Positions 1 through 10,241 of a stretch of 64,000 nucleotides of DNA are shown here, one piece after another. The notes beneath the pieces are model-generated. The model saw only the letters and a program-made list of their open reading frames with translations, searched no databases and was not told the DNA's origin. The position numbers and the translations under genes were made by a program. Source of the DNA: an uncultured Planctomycetaceae bacterium. GTDB taxonomy: Bacteria > Planctomycetota > Planctomycetia > Isosphaerales > Isosphaeraceae. Positions within the stretch are counted from its first letter, which is position 1. Each line of letters begins with the position of its first letter. The stretch spans positions 1,600,001 through 1,664,000 of the forward strand of contig CAWIAD010000002.1 of NCBI GenBank assembly GCA_963833985.1, read 5' to 3'.

Positions 1-101
1 TCCAGCATTACTCACGCAAACTCTTACCCCCTTTGAAGAACCAACTACGAACGTAGAGATACAGTAGAACTAGGATGCTGCGGCAAGGAAAGGAATGCGT
101 G

Positions 102-1103
102 ATGGTTCCGCTACCCAGGTTCCTTCAGCTTGAACCGGTCGGCCAGTGCAACTTGCGGTGCCAGATGTGCCCCATCCAGTTCCGGCAAGACGGACCTCCG
201 TTCGGTCCACCGGCGTTCATGGATTTCGATCTGTTCAAGCGGATCGTCGGCGAGTTTCCGGACCTGGAGGAGTTGCAGTTGCAGGGGCTAGGCGAGCCAA
301 TGATGCACCCGCGCTTCTTCGAAATGGTGCGTTATGCCGCGAGCAAGGGGATTCGCGTCGGCACGAACTCGAACCTGACGCTCCTGAACGCCCGCCGCGC
401 GGAGCTGTGCGTGACCAGCGGCCTTCACGAGCTGCACGCGTCGATCGATGGTGCCTCGGCCCGGGTCTACGAGGCAATCCGCGTGCGCGCCCACTTCGAC
501 CGGATCATCGCCAACCTGGAACGTCTGGTCGCAATTCGCCGGCACCTAGGCAGCGAGACCCCGCACCTCCGGATGGTCGTTGTGGCCATGCGGCAGAACC
601 TCGAAGAGCTGCCCGATCTGGTACGGCTGGCCCATCGCCTGGGCCTGGGCACGGTCTTCGTCCAGCACCTTTGTCACGACTTCCAGGAGTCGAGCCTGCC
701 ACAGCACTACCGGCCGATGCGCGAGTTCGTCACGGAGCAGACCCTCACGTCCGAGGACCAGGGGCGTGTGGAACAGTTCTTCCAGGACGCCCGCGCCGTG
801 GCGAGCGAGCTGGGTGTCGAGCTGCGCTTGCCCCACACCCGGCCCCGTCCGCACCCTCCCGGAACGCCGGGACCGAAGCGCTGCAACTGGCCCTGGCACG
901 GCGCCTATGCCAGCTACCAGGGGCTCGCGATGCCCTGCTGCATGGTGGCCACGCCCGACCGTGTCCAGCTTGGAGACATGGCCAGCCATGCCGTGTCTGA
1001 TGTCTGGAACGGCCCCGCATACACCGCGTTCCGCGAACAGCTCTCCTCGGACGAGCCACCGGAAGTCTGCCGCTCGTGTGCCGTCTACGCGGGAACGTTC
1101 TAA
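102..1103 (+). CDS. Radical SAM protein with C-terminal SPASM/twitch domain
   Basis: CNLRCQMC (CxxxCxxC), GLGEPMM, and C-terminal CNWPW...MPCC...CRSC. The ORF is open from 75; ATG at 102 follows AAGGA. The stop TAA at 1101-1103 lies inside the 106-bp repeat. Confidence 0.9.
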   Translation: MVPLPRFLQLEPVGQCNLRCQMCPIQFRQDGPPFGPPAFMDFDLFKRIVGEFPDLEELQLQGLGEPMMHPRFFEMVRYAASKGIRVGTNSNLTLLNARRAELCVTSGLHELHASIDGASARVYEAIRVRAHFDRIIANLERLVAIRRHLGSETPHLRMVVVAMRQNLEELPDLVRLAHRLGLGTVFVQHLCHDFQESSLPQHYRPMREFVTEQTLTSEDQGRVEQFFQDARAVASELGVELRLPHTRPRPHPPGTPGPKRCNWPWHGAYASYQGLAMPCCMVATPDRVQLGDMASHAVSDVWNGPAYTAFREQLSSDEPPEVCRSCAVYAGTF

Positions 1104-1205
1104 ATAGCTCCCCGTAAGAGGGAAAGTGTGGAACGGCCGCCCTCGGCCGTCCTGAGCCAGCCGAGGGCGGCTGGCCCACATTCCAGGAGGCGAGGATCTA
1201 TCAAG
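1100..1205 (+). mobile_element. 106-bp MITE/REPIN-like element, family 1, copy 1
   Basis: Differs from 52854-52959 at only 3 positions; imperfect terminal inverted repeats and an internal pair of inverted palindromes. Confidence 0.85.
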
Positions 1206-1360
1206 TGCTGGCGAGCCGTCCGGAACGGCGAACGCCCGGAGGGACGGCGGAGGCGCGAACCGGGGTGGATGAGGTTCCAGCTTGGGCCTTGCAAATCCCG
1301 GCCGCGTGCCGCACGCTTGGGACAGGATGAGAGCCCGTGTGGCCCGCGGAGGTGAGACTC

Positions 1361-2305
1361 GTGAAGATCGTGGTTCTGGATGGGCGGCCGCTGGCCACCG
1401 AACGGCATGAATGGTCCGGCCTGGATGAACTCGGGGAGCTGGAGCTTCATGACTACAGCACGGCCGCCGAAATCCCCACCCGCGCCGCCGGGGCGTCTGT
1501 CCTGGTCATCAACAAGTCGCCGATCCGTGAGGAGCTTCTCGCCGTTCTGCCGGACTTACGGTTCATCACCATCACAGCCACGGGATTCGATTGCGTGGAT
1601 CTCGCCGCGGCCCGACGGCGCGGCATCCCCGTATCCAACGTTCCGGTCTACGGCACGCTCTCGGTGGCGCAGTACGTGTTTGCCCTGGTCCTGGAACTGT
1701 GCCACCACGTCGCCCTCCACGACGCCGCGGTCCGCGCCGGCGACTGGACCCGCCAGCCCGATTTTTCGCTCCGCAAGACCCCGCTCCTGGAGCTGGCCGG
1801 CCGCACCATGGGCATCGTCGGTCATGGCCGGATCGGCCGCAGGGTCGGCGAGCTCGCGCGGGCGTTCGGGATGGAGGTACTCGCTTTCGACCCCATGTCC
1901 ACTCCGTCCGAGGTGGCGCACTGTGACCTGGATGAACTGTTCGCCCGCTCGGATGTGATCAGCTTGCACTGCCCGCTCACCGCCGAAACCGCCGGGCTGG
2001 TGAATCGCGAGCGGCTGCGGCTTGTAAAGCCGGGAACCCTGCTCGTGAACACGGCCCGAGGCGCCCTGGTCGTCGAGAGCGACCTGGCCGAGGCCCTGAA
2101 CGCCGGCACGCTCGCCGGCGCCGCCGTGGATGTGGTTTCGCGCGAGCCGATCGAGCCGACCAATCCGCTCCTGCACGCGAAGAACTGCCTGATCACGCCG
2201 CACATCGCCTGGGCCACGGCAGAAGCCCGGGGCCGGCTCATGGACGCCACCGTGGCCAACGTGCGCGCGTTCCTCGCGGGGCATCCGGTCAACGTCGTCA
2301 ACTGA
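1361..2305 (+). CDS. D-2-hydroxyacid dehydrogenase (glycerate dehydrogenase/hydroxypyruvate reductase-like)
   Basis: GIVGHGRIG NAD motif, ISLHCPLT, VNTARG, TPHIAW; GTG start after GGAGG. Confidence 0.9.
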   Translation: MKIVVLDGRPLATERHEWSGLDELGELELHDYSTAAEIPTRAAGASVLVINKSPIREELLAVLPDLRFITITATGFDCVDLAAARRRGIPVSNVPVYGTLSVAQYVFALVLELCHHVALHDAAVRAGDWTRQPDFSLRKTPLLELAGRTMGIVGHGRIGRRVGELARAFGMEVLAFDPMSTPSEVAHCDLDELFARSDVISLHCPLTAETAGLVNRERLRLVKPGTLLVNTARGALVVESDLAEALNAGTLAGAAVDVVSREPIEPTNPLLHAKNCLITPHIAWATAEARGRLMDATVANVRAFLAGHPVNVVN

Positions 2306-2316
2306 GTCGATGACGA

Positions 2317-3173
2317 TCAGTTCGGCGGGGGGCCCACCCCGCCCAGCCGCGACGGCCTGGCGCGCCTGGGCTTGCCGGCTTTGGTGGTCGCCGCCGGCGC
2401 TGGCTCGGAGGAGATCTTCGCTGCCTCTTTCTCGAACTTCTCGGCAAGCTTGGCGTTCTCGTGGAACTCATGCGAGGGCCCGAGCTGGGGCCTCGGCTTC
2501 ATGCTGGGATCGAGATTCGCCAGGGCCCTGGCCACCTCGCTGTTTCTGGCCAGCGCCCGTACTTCTCCTTGGTCGAGGAGACAAGCTGCGACAGGTCGTG
2601 CGCACCCTGCACGAACTCCTCCTGCCTGGTCTGGACCTCCTCGTCGATCTTCTGCTTCGTCTTGGCATCGAAGGGTTGCCGTTTCGCCTGGTTGAGAACG
2701 GCGTTCTGCTGGTTCAGGTTGAAGTTGAGCTGGTTGCGATACATCTGGAGCTGGGCGTTCTGCTGCTGGTTGTAATAGCCGCCCATACGGCCCCGAAAGC
2801 GTGGCGTGGCGCGCATCTGCTGGCTCACGGCGTTGATCTCGGCCCGGAGCTGCGCCACCTGGGCAGTCATCCCCTGGATCATTGCCTGGTGGTCCTGCGG
2901 GCTGCCGAAGGATCGCTGCTTGAGCAGCGCCACGTTCCATTGCCTTGATAGCAGCTTGACTTCACCCACCTTTTTCTTCACATCCAGCTCGCTCTCGAGC
3001 ACGTAGGTCGGCCCCATCGGCCTCAGGCCGTTCCGATGCAGGATCTCCTCTTCCGGCGACTCGGTGGCCGCGGCCCCGGACGGTCTGGCTGCCTCCTGCG
3101 GGTCACCCGCGTGGAGTCCGACAACCCAGGACGTTGCGGCCATGAACACGAGCCCCGTCAACCGCCTGCCCAT
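2317..3173 (-). CDS. Secreted coiled-coil, Gln-rich hypothetical protein (frameshift near 2555)
   Basis: Signal-like N-terminus MGRRLTGLVFMAATSWVVGLHA; sensible reading moves from ORF 2499-3296 into the ORF 2317-2940 frame (ALARNSEVARALANLD). Confidence 0.55.
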
Positions 3174-3548
3174 GATTTGCTCCCCTCGAGCTGCCCGCTC
3201 ACTCGCCTCCGTCCCCGTCGCGTCATGCCGCTCTGCTCGGAAACCTCTGAGCGCGTGCATGCTTCCGCCGCAACCGTGACGGACCCACCATACCAATCCT
3301 ACCTTATTGTTGAACCCCGACCACCGCTCGTGGCACCGCGGACGGCCTCTTCCTTGCTTCTGGCGGCCGGTTCTTCTTGAACCAATCCAATCAAGCCACG
3401 TATGATTGGCCAGCCAGGACTTGGCGGGCTGGAACCAACAATTCTAGCCATGGATTCCCCTGACGTCTGGACCACGAGGGGATTCGCTCATGTCCTCGGA
3501 CGTGGTTACTTCTAGCATTTCGTGGGTGCCGCCGTCAGGTGGAGTCGA

Positions 3549-4283
3549 ATGATTCTCTCACATAAAAATAGATTTATCATGCTTCTGCCCTGGAAAACGG
3601 CCAGCCAGACGGCCGTACGACGACTTGCAGAGTACCAGGAAAGTCCGTACAGCCAGCTCTTTGAATTCAACCCCTACCTGAATCGAGTTGTGCATCAGCA
3701 CATCACGTGTGCAGACCTTGCCGCGCTTCCGGAAGGCAGGCTCGGATACTTCATCTCCGCGTTCGTGCGTAATCCTTACGACCGGGTCTACTCCGGCTTC
3801 CGGCAGCTTCAGACGGACATCCGCGACCAGTCGCTGCCGTCGTTTCCGTTCCCGGCGCCCTGGGTTCGCGACCAGGTCCTGAAGCAATTGACGGACAACT
3901 TCGCCCAGCTCTGCCAGGCCCAGTTCCAGTTCGACCGCTGGCTTGACCTGGTGGGTGACGATCAGATTTACGAGACAGGCCGGAATACCAATTTTCCGCT
4001 GCACCCAGCGCATTACTGGACCCACCATGCGGGCAGACAGGTCGTGGACTTCATTGGACGGGTGGAGAATTTCGAAATCGATTTCCGGACGTTCCTCTCG
4101 CTCGTCAAGATCGATGAGGTTCAGATCGTCAACTCCAACGTGGTCGAGCTGGAAGGGGGCTCCTCAAGCAACCCTTTCGGTTATCGGTATGTGGATCGCA
4201 TGGATCCGTGCTCAATTCGAAAGATCAACCGTCTGTTCAAAGAAGATTTTGAGTTATTTGAGTACAAACGGTTGGACGCATGA
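3549..4283 (+). CDS. Sulfotransferase family 2 protein
   Basis: PWKTASQT (PAPS 5'-phosphosulfate loop), FVRNPYDRVYS, DFIGRVENF, EDFELFEY. Confidence 0.8.
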   Translation: MILSHKNRFIMLLPWKTASQTAVRRLAEYQESPYSQLFEFNPYLNRVVHQHITCADLAALPEGRLGYFISAFVRNPYDRVYSGFRQLQTDIRDQSLPSFPFPAPWVRDQVLKQLTDNFAQLCQAQFQFDRWLDLVGDDQIYETGRNTNFPLHPAHYWTHHAGRQVVDFIGRVENFEIDFRTFLSLVKIDEVQIVNSNVVELEGGSSSNPFGYRYVDRMDPCSIRKINRLFKEDFELFEYKRLDA

Positions 4284-4485
4284 AGTTGCACCAGCAGCGG
4301 GTGCCAGGTACGCCAGCACGCAGCGAATCCGCTCGCGATTGTAGAAGTCGTTCAGGAACCGCGCCGGGCTCGGCAGAATGCTGTCAGGAAGCTTCCATTC
4401 CTCACCCGCGCGCGGTACAGAGTTGCTGCCTTTCGTACTCGGTTCGTCCCTTTCCGGCACCTTGTTCTGCCGATTGGAGTTCGTC

Positions 4486-5229
4486 ATGCGTCGATTTGTG
4501 GGGCTTGCGGTCGGGGTGAGCTTGTTTTTCATCGTGGTCGGCCGGGCTTGCGCCGATGACCAGGATGTGAAGTCGATTCTCGCGAAAGCCGTCAAGGCAC
4601 TGGGAGGTGAGGAGAAACTTGACAAGGTCAAGGCATTCTCCTGGAAGGCCAAGGGCACCGTCACCTTCAACGGCAACGAGATGGATTCGAACAGCGAGGC
4701 GACCGTCCAGGGCCTTGGTCACTACCGCAGGGAATTCGGGAATGACCAGTTTCACGGCGTCGTCGTACTCAGCGGCGACAAGGGCTGGCGCAAGTTCGGT
4801 GATAACAATACGGAGCTTGACGAGTCGGGCGTCGCCAACGAAAAGCGCAATGTCTACCTCCATGTCATCCCGATCACAGTCGTACCGGTCAACGGCAAGG
4901 GATTCAAAGCCGAAACCGCCGGCGAGGAGCAAGTGGGCGACAAGCCAGCCGCGATTCTCAAGATCACGGGGCCTGACGGCAAGGACTTCACACTCTCCTT
5001 CGACAAGCAGAGTGGATTGCCCGTCAAGCAAGTCGCGCGTGTGGTCGGCTTTCAGGGCCAGGAGATGACCCTGGAAACGACCTTCGCCGATTACAAGGAC
5101 TTTGACGGGATCAAGAAAGCCACGAAGATTGAAGTCAAGCGCGACGGCGAGAAATTCCAGACCATGGAGCTCACCGAGTTCAAGGTCGTGGAGAACGCCA
5201 ATCCCGAAAGCTTCACGGAGCCGAAGTGA
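4486..5229 (+). CDS. Secreted protein, LolA-like/lipoprotein-sorting fold
   Basis: Signal peptide ending ACA-DD; AVKALGGEEKL, FDKQSGLP, FADYKDFDGIK pattern. Confidence 0.65.
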   Translation: MRRFVGLAVGVSLFFIVVGRACADDQDVKSILAKAVKALGGEEKLDKVKAFSWKAKGTVTFNGNEMDSNSEATVQGLGHYRREFGNDQFHGVVVLSGDKGWRKFGDNNTELDESGVANEKRNVYLHVIPITVVPVNGKGFKAETAGEEQVGDKPAAILKITGPDGKDFTLSFDKQSGLPVKQVARVVGFQGQEMTLETTFADYKDFDGIKKATKIEVKRDGEKFQTMELTEFKVVENANPESFTEPK

Positions 5230-5476
5230 ACCCGTGCCAGGAACTTCGACCCGCACGCCCGCCTGGTGCTCGAGCAGCCACCTCGGAGGTTGCGGTGGTA
5301 TTGCCGCCGATGAACACCAGGCGGGGGCGAGCCGGTTGAAGGTTGATCTGTTTCTCGGCCGGCCAAGCCATGTCCAGGCGAACTTTTGACTCGCTGGCTC
5401 AGCATGATCGGGTACGGGTCGTGAAACCGGTGAGATCCGCACACGATCGACCGCCGTTATATTTCACTCTTTGATG

Positions 5477-5510
5477 AAAACGTGGCACTCCGCGGCTGTG
5501 GAGTGCCACG
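5477..5510 (-). terminator. Rho-independent terminator of the ELWxxDGT gene
   Basis: Stem CGTGGCACTCC/GGAGTGCCACG (5481-5510) followed by TTTT on the minus strand, 23 bp after the stop. Confidence 0.7.
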
Positions 5511-5533
5511 CTCACTGGCTGCGGTGGCTCCGG

Positions 5534-6886
5534 TCACTTGAGGGACCAGAGCGATGCCCCCGGCTCGGTGAAGAACAGGGTGCTTGACATGGGGGCGAGG
5601 TTCGAGGGCGAGGAGCTCTTTCCCTGGCTCAGGTTGGTGTCCATGACCGTCCCCTGCGCCGCACCGTTGCTCTCCCAGACCTGGTATCCATTGGCTACGG
5701 TGTAGGCGGTGAAGTGGAGCTTGCCGTTGACATTCTTCAGGTTCCCCAGGTAGGAGCCCGAGTTGCCGTTGATGGTCGTGACCATGGCCGTGCCGCTGGT
5801 CGAGCCGTCGCTCTTCCAGAGCTGGCTGCCATGCGTGCCGTCATTGGCTGCGAAGTAGAGTTCGCCACCCACCGCCGCCAGCGACTTGGGGGCCAGTCCC
5901 ACCGGACCGGGATGGACGTTCGTGACCATCGCGGTGCCGCTGGCCGAGCCATTGCTTTTCCAGAGCTGGCTGCCATGCGTGCCGTCGTTGGCCGAGAAGT
6001 ACAGCTCGCTTCCCACGGCCGTCAGTGATGCCGGCATCAAACCGATGTGCGCAGGGCCGCTACTGGTGAGCTTCTGCGTACCGCCGGTAGTGCCGTTGCT
6101 CTCCCAGAGCTGGTAGCCCGTACCGTCGTAGCCGTCGAAGAACAGCGTACTGCCCGCGGCAGTGAGATTCCCGGGCAGCGTACCCGCCCCACTGTAGTTC
6201 GATGTGGTCAGCATGGTCGCTCCACTGCCGGTGGTATCCCAGAGCTGGTAACCATGAGTGCCATCGTTGCCGCGAAAGAAGAGCGTGCTGCCCATCGCCG
6301 TGAGTTGCGACGCATTGGCGCCGCCGCCCGTCGGGTTGATGTTCGTGACCGCGACCGTCCCGCCGGCGGTACCGTCGCTCTTGAAGATCTGGTGCCCCGC
6401 GCCGGTCTTGTAGCCGATCATGTAGGCTGTACCGTTCACGTTGGTGATCGAGCTGGGCATGAGCCCGAGACCCGGGTTGACGTTGGTGACCATGGTGGTG
6501 CCGCCCGGCGTACCGTTGCTCGTCCAGAGCTGCATTCCGTGATGGCCGTCGTTGGCGGAGAAGTACAGGGTGTTGCCCACCGCGGTGAGGTACGAGGGGG
6601 AAATCCCGTAGGGGGCGTTCACGTTGGTCAGCATCTGCGTACCGGACGAGGTACCGTTGCTCTCCCAGAGCTGGTAGCCATGGGTCGCGTCGTGGGCACC
6701 GAAGAACATGTTTCCACCCGCCGACACGAAACCGGTTGTGACGGTGGCGCCGTAAGGGAGAGTGATGCCTGAAACCGTCCCGGTGAGCAATGCGCGGCCT
6801 TCGAGGCTCTCAACCTGGAGCCGGCGGCTCGTACTTCTGCGCCGAACGGCCGGCGTGAAGAAGCGTTGCTTCAGAATGTGTAGCAT
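5534..6886 (-). CDS. ELWxxDGT-repeat beta-propeller surface protein with planctomycete extracellular N-terminal motif
   Basis: RRLQVESLEGRALL motif; about 8 repeats of the type YFSANDGTHGSQLWKSDG. Confidence 0.85.
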   Translation of the reverse strand: MLHILKQRFFTPAVRRRSTSRRLQVESLEGRALLTGTVSGITLPYGATVTTGFVSAGGNMFFGAHDATHGYQLWESNGTSSGTQMLTNVNAPYGISPSYLTAVGNTLYFSANDGHHGMQLWTSNGTPGGTTMVTNVNPGLGLMPSSITNVNGTAYMIGYKTGAGHQIFKSDGTAGGTVAVTNINPTGGGANASQLTAMGSTLFFRGNDGTHGYQLWDTTGSGATMLTTSNYSGAGTLPGNLTAAGSTLFFDGYDGTGYQLWESNGTTGGTQKLTSSGPAHIGLMPASLTAVGSELYFSANDGTHGSQLWKSNGSASGTAMVTNVHPGPVGLAPKSLAAVGGELYFAANDGTHGSQLWKSDGSTSGTAMVTTINGNSGSYLGNLKNVNGKLHFTAYTVANGYQVWESNGAAQGTVMDTNLSQGKSSSPSNLAPMSSTLFFTEPGASLWSLK

Positions 6887-7755
6887 GACACAGCTCCTGT
6901 GATCAGGTGAACCAGCGAAACACAGTTGCCGGGCCTGGTGGCACTCCTTGCGCTGCGCGGGGAGCGACCGGGCCGGAACCGCGTCCCGGCGATCGAACTG
7001 TCATGGATTCACTCTTGTCCGTCGTCGACGAACGTCGTTCCCGGATATCGTGCTTTGCGACGTCAGGACACTTCTGCCCCGAAGGTCAGTTCCAGGTGGC
7101 TGGGCTCTGCGCAGAGTCTCAAGGCTGTTGCATCGTGCTCGACGCTCACGCCGTTTACAAGCGGCGAGTTAATATCACCGAGCGCGAAGGCATTGTCAAG
7201 TATCCATCCAAGAATCTTTGAGAAGAAAGGTCATTGCGCTTATCTTAGAACTACGTGACTCTATCATTAGTGATATAGTCGAAGTCTGCATTCGTGCCTG
7301 CAAGCCCGCGGGCCCCTCGTTGCTTCCGCACGTCAAGCGCTGCTGTTCCTGCTGATCGTGCAGTGTCCGGATGGCACTGTGGTGTCCATGCAGGATGCCG
7401 GAAACGGCCGCATCCACGCTCGTCAGTGAGCACGCAGTAGTGGAAATATTCAGAAATATTAATGAATTTCGCTTCGGAGTCGAACTCCGCAACATGAATT
7501 CTGAGCCGATATTGACGTGCGAGATGGGCGCGGCCGAAGACGGGCTACGAACAGACTAGCAACCTGAGCTGCGCTCGATGGCCTGGAGTTGTCTGATCCT
7601 TCAAAGCAACATCGGAACCTTCAATAATGCTCAGAACACGCTTTCATTGGCCAGGCTGGGGCCAGCTCACCCGCAACTCAGGGTCCGGATGATGAGACCA
7701 CACGACCGGAATGATTGGTGCGGCCGGGGCCTGACGTTCTGTGCAAGCATGCAGC

Positions 7756-8955
7756 TCAGTGGATGATGAGGAAGCCTCCGTCGGGCGTGGCCACGACAGT
7801 GGCCAGGCTCCAGACAGGAATGCCCAGCGAAATGCGTCCTTTTTCGCCGGTCGGGTTGTTCTGCGCATCAAAGACTTGCCACGCCAGGGCTCCGTCCCGA
7901 GCCCAGCCGGTGCCCTCGGCCCAGACGAGAATGGTCTCCCCGATCTGATTGACCGCCAGGGCCGGATGTTTCTGCCCGGCCGGTCTCCCTCTGGGGGCAG
8001 TGGGTGGTGTGAACCGGAGCGGATCCGGATCGATTCTCGAGAAGAACACTTTCCCCTCCGACTCCCAGCCGGCAACGATGCCAGCAGGTCCCTCGGCGAA
8101 CGCCTCGCTGCTCATCGGGCACAGGTTGATCTCCCAGGGATGGAGAACCCTGTCCACGAAGCGAGTACCGTGGTCGCTGGACTCGAGCAGGATCATGTCC
8201 CGCTTGATGCCCCCGGTAGCTGCGCGATAGAGAGCCCACACATCGCCGCTACGATCCACGAAAGCACGGCTTCCGCAGCACCCGCACGCACCCGTGGCGC
8301 GGTCGATGGCAGCTCGTTCCGTGGCAAATGTTTGACCTTCGTCCTCGGACCTGGTGATGAAGAATCGCCGCGCGTCTTCTCCCGCTGGAGCGCCGCTGGT
8401 CCGGCCATGCCAGGCGACGAACACGCGACCTGCGCCGTCCGCGGCAACCGTGCCTCCGCCGTCCAGGGCCGTTGTACAGGTCATCAAGTTGCGCTCGGCC
8501 TCGAAGGCAACCCCGGCGTCATTCAGCCGGGAGTAGAGCATGGGAGACCCGCCGCTGGGGTTTACGATCTTGCCTCGTCCAGAGCCATTCCACGCCACGT
8601 GAATTCTGCCGTTCTTACCCACAGCGAGCTGTGCACCGCGGATGGTGCCCATTGCAATGGCACTTCCGTCCTGGGCGTTGACCCTCATTGCCCGCGAGAA
8701 CCCGCTCTCACCCGGCAACAGACGCGCATAGTACAGGTTGCCGCCGGCTGGATCGCCCACGTAGAAGACCAGGTGTACTGTGCCTCGGGCATCGATGACC
8801 GCCTGCGGCTGGATGCCGCCGTCGGGCGTCGTGAGCACCTTCACCTGAGAGTGACCCGGGCCTTCGGCCGCGGCCGATTCTCGTCTCATCAGAGATGGGG
8901 CAAGCATGACATTTATGAACAAAACAGTGCATGCAAGTGCACGTGTCATCGGCAT
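7756..8955 (-). CDS. Secreted BNR/Asp-box (sialidase-fold) protein
   Basis: AAGGAG RBS, signal peptide, Asp-boxes SEDEGQTF and SSDHGTRF, ACGCC and CPMS motifs. Confidence 0.75.
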   Translation of the reverse strand: MPMTRALACTVLFINVMLAPSLMRRESAAAEGPGHSQVKVLTTPDGGIQPQAVIDARGTVHLVFYVGDPAGGNLYYARLLPGESGFSRAMRVNAQDGSAIAMGTIRGAQLAVGKNGRIHVAWNGSGRGKIVNPSGGSPMLYSRLNDAGVAFEAERNLMTCTTALDGGGTVAADGAGRVFVAWHGRTSGAPAGEDARRFFITRSEDEGQTFATERAAIDRATGACGCCGSRAFVDRSGDVWALYRAATGGIKRDMILLESSDHGTRFVDRVLHPWEINLCPMSSEAFAEGPAGIVAGWESEGKVFFSRIDPDPLRFTPPTAPRGRPAGQKHPALAVNQIGETILVWAEGTGWARDGALAWQVFDAQNNPTGEKGRISLGIPVWSLATVVATPDGGFLIIH

Positions 8956-9285
8956 AAAAGTTCTCCTTGGGTGATCCGGCCACGTGGTCCAGGCCGTGAA
9001 CCATTCTAACCCTGAACCAGGCATGATTTGAGGCTTTCGAGTGCTCTGGTAAGAAAATACCCGGCACCCTGGTGCCTTCAGCCCAGGAACTGCCTGCCTG
9101 CCTGTCTTGCGGATCGAGAGGGGACGAGCCCATGCGGTGGACCGGTGAGGTCTGACCCCGACCGCCAGGGCGCGGTATGCTGAACCTTCGAGCTGCAACC
9201 CCCGGCGCTGGGGCCGGGGTGACTTGCCGGCGCTCGCGGAGACCGCGGCGCTGATTCTCCGGGACGGGAGGGGAGCAATCCGACC

Positions 9286-10173
9286 ATGACGAACGTGCAT
9301 TCCATCTCGCGGCGTGGTTTCCTGGGCGCGTCGGCCACGGCCGCCGCCGCCGGTCTCGCTCGATCACGCGCCCAGGAGCAGGAGCAGCAGCAGCCGTCGC
9401 CTCCCGCGGACCTCGGGTTTCCGCTCGTCGACCTGCACGCCCACCTCGACGGCAGCAGCATCGACCCGGTGGTGCGGCTGGCGCAGGGGCGTGGGGTGAA
9501 GCTGGGCATCGTGGAGCATGCCGGGACGAAGGCGAACAAGTACCCGGTCGTGCTCAGCAATGATGACGAGCTCTCGGCCTATCTGAACCGGCTCGAAGGC
9601 AAGGGCGTGTACCGCGGTGTGCAGGCCGAGTGGACTGACTGGATGACCTGCTTCTCGCCGGCCGCCCTGGCCCGGCTCGACTACGTGCTCACCGACGCCA
9701 TGACATTTCCGGGCCGGGACGGTGGGCGCGTCAAGCTCTGGGAGAAGGACGCCGAGGCCCGCGTGGACATGCGCGACCAGGAAGTGTTCATGGACCGCTT
9801 CGTGGACTGGCACGTCGAGATCATGGCGACGGAGCCCTTCGACATCCTGGCCAACGCATCGTGGCTACCCGACGCGCTTTTGCCCGCGTACGACAGCCTC
9901 TGGACCGAGCGGCGCATTGCCAGGGTGCTGGACGCCGCGCTCAAGTACGGGGTGGCCATCGAGATCAGCTCCAGCTACAAACTCCCTCACCTGGCCTTCC
10001 TGAAGCAGGCCAGGAGCGCGGGGGTGAAGTTCAGCTTTGGCTCCAACGGCCGCTATCCCAAGATGGCGCAGCTCGATTACAGCATCGCCATGGCAAGAGC
10101 CTTGCACCTCAGCGCCGCGGACATGTTCGTGCCCGGCAAAGAGGGCGAAAAGGCCGTCCAGAGGCGAAGATGA
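9286..10173 (+). CDS. Tat-exported PHP-fold metallohydrolase
   Basis: SRRGFLG Tat motif; VDLHAHL, IVEHA, AIEISS, FSFGSNG. Confidence 0.7.
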   Translation: MTNVHSISRRGFLGASATAAAAGLARSRAQEQEQQQPSPPADLGFPLVDLHAHLDGSSIDPVVRLAQGRGVKLGIVEHAGTKANKYPVVLSNDDELSAYLNRLEGKGVYRGVQAEWTDWMTCFSPAALARLDYVLTDAMTFPGRDGGRVKLWEKDAEARVDMRDQEVFMDRFVDWHVEIMATEPFDILANASWLPDALLPAYDSLWTERRIARVLDAALKYGVAIEISSSYKLPHLAFLKQARSAGVKFSFGSNGRYPKMAQLDYSIAMARALHLSAADMFVPGKEGEKAVQRRR

Positions 10174-10241
10174 CGGAGCATTCGCGCCGGCAGCGCAGTC
10201 CCGGGTTGACCGACGAGAGTGCGGCGGTCCCGCGATTGCCG

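Noticed and set aside
102..1103. RiPP maturase with a nearby precursor peptide
   Set aside because: No credible precursor or transporter downstream; the upstream context is outside the window.
1100..1181. Recurring peptide MWASRPRLAQDGRGRPFHTFPLTGSY in several ORFs
   Set aside because: It is only the translation of the family-1 repeat on the minus strand.
1361..2305. hprA as evidence of serine-cycle methylotrophy
   Set aside because: The family is ubiquitous and no other serine-cycle genes are in the window.
7020..7140. c-di-GMP riboswitch upstream of the ELWxxDGT gene
   Set aside because: Only a CGCAAAG fragment; the required stems and GNRA loop were not found.
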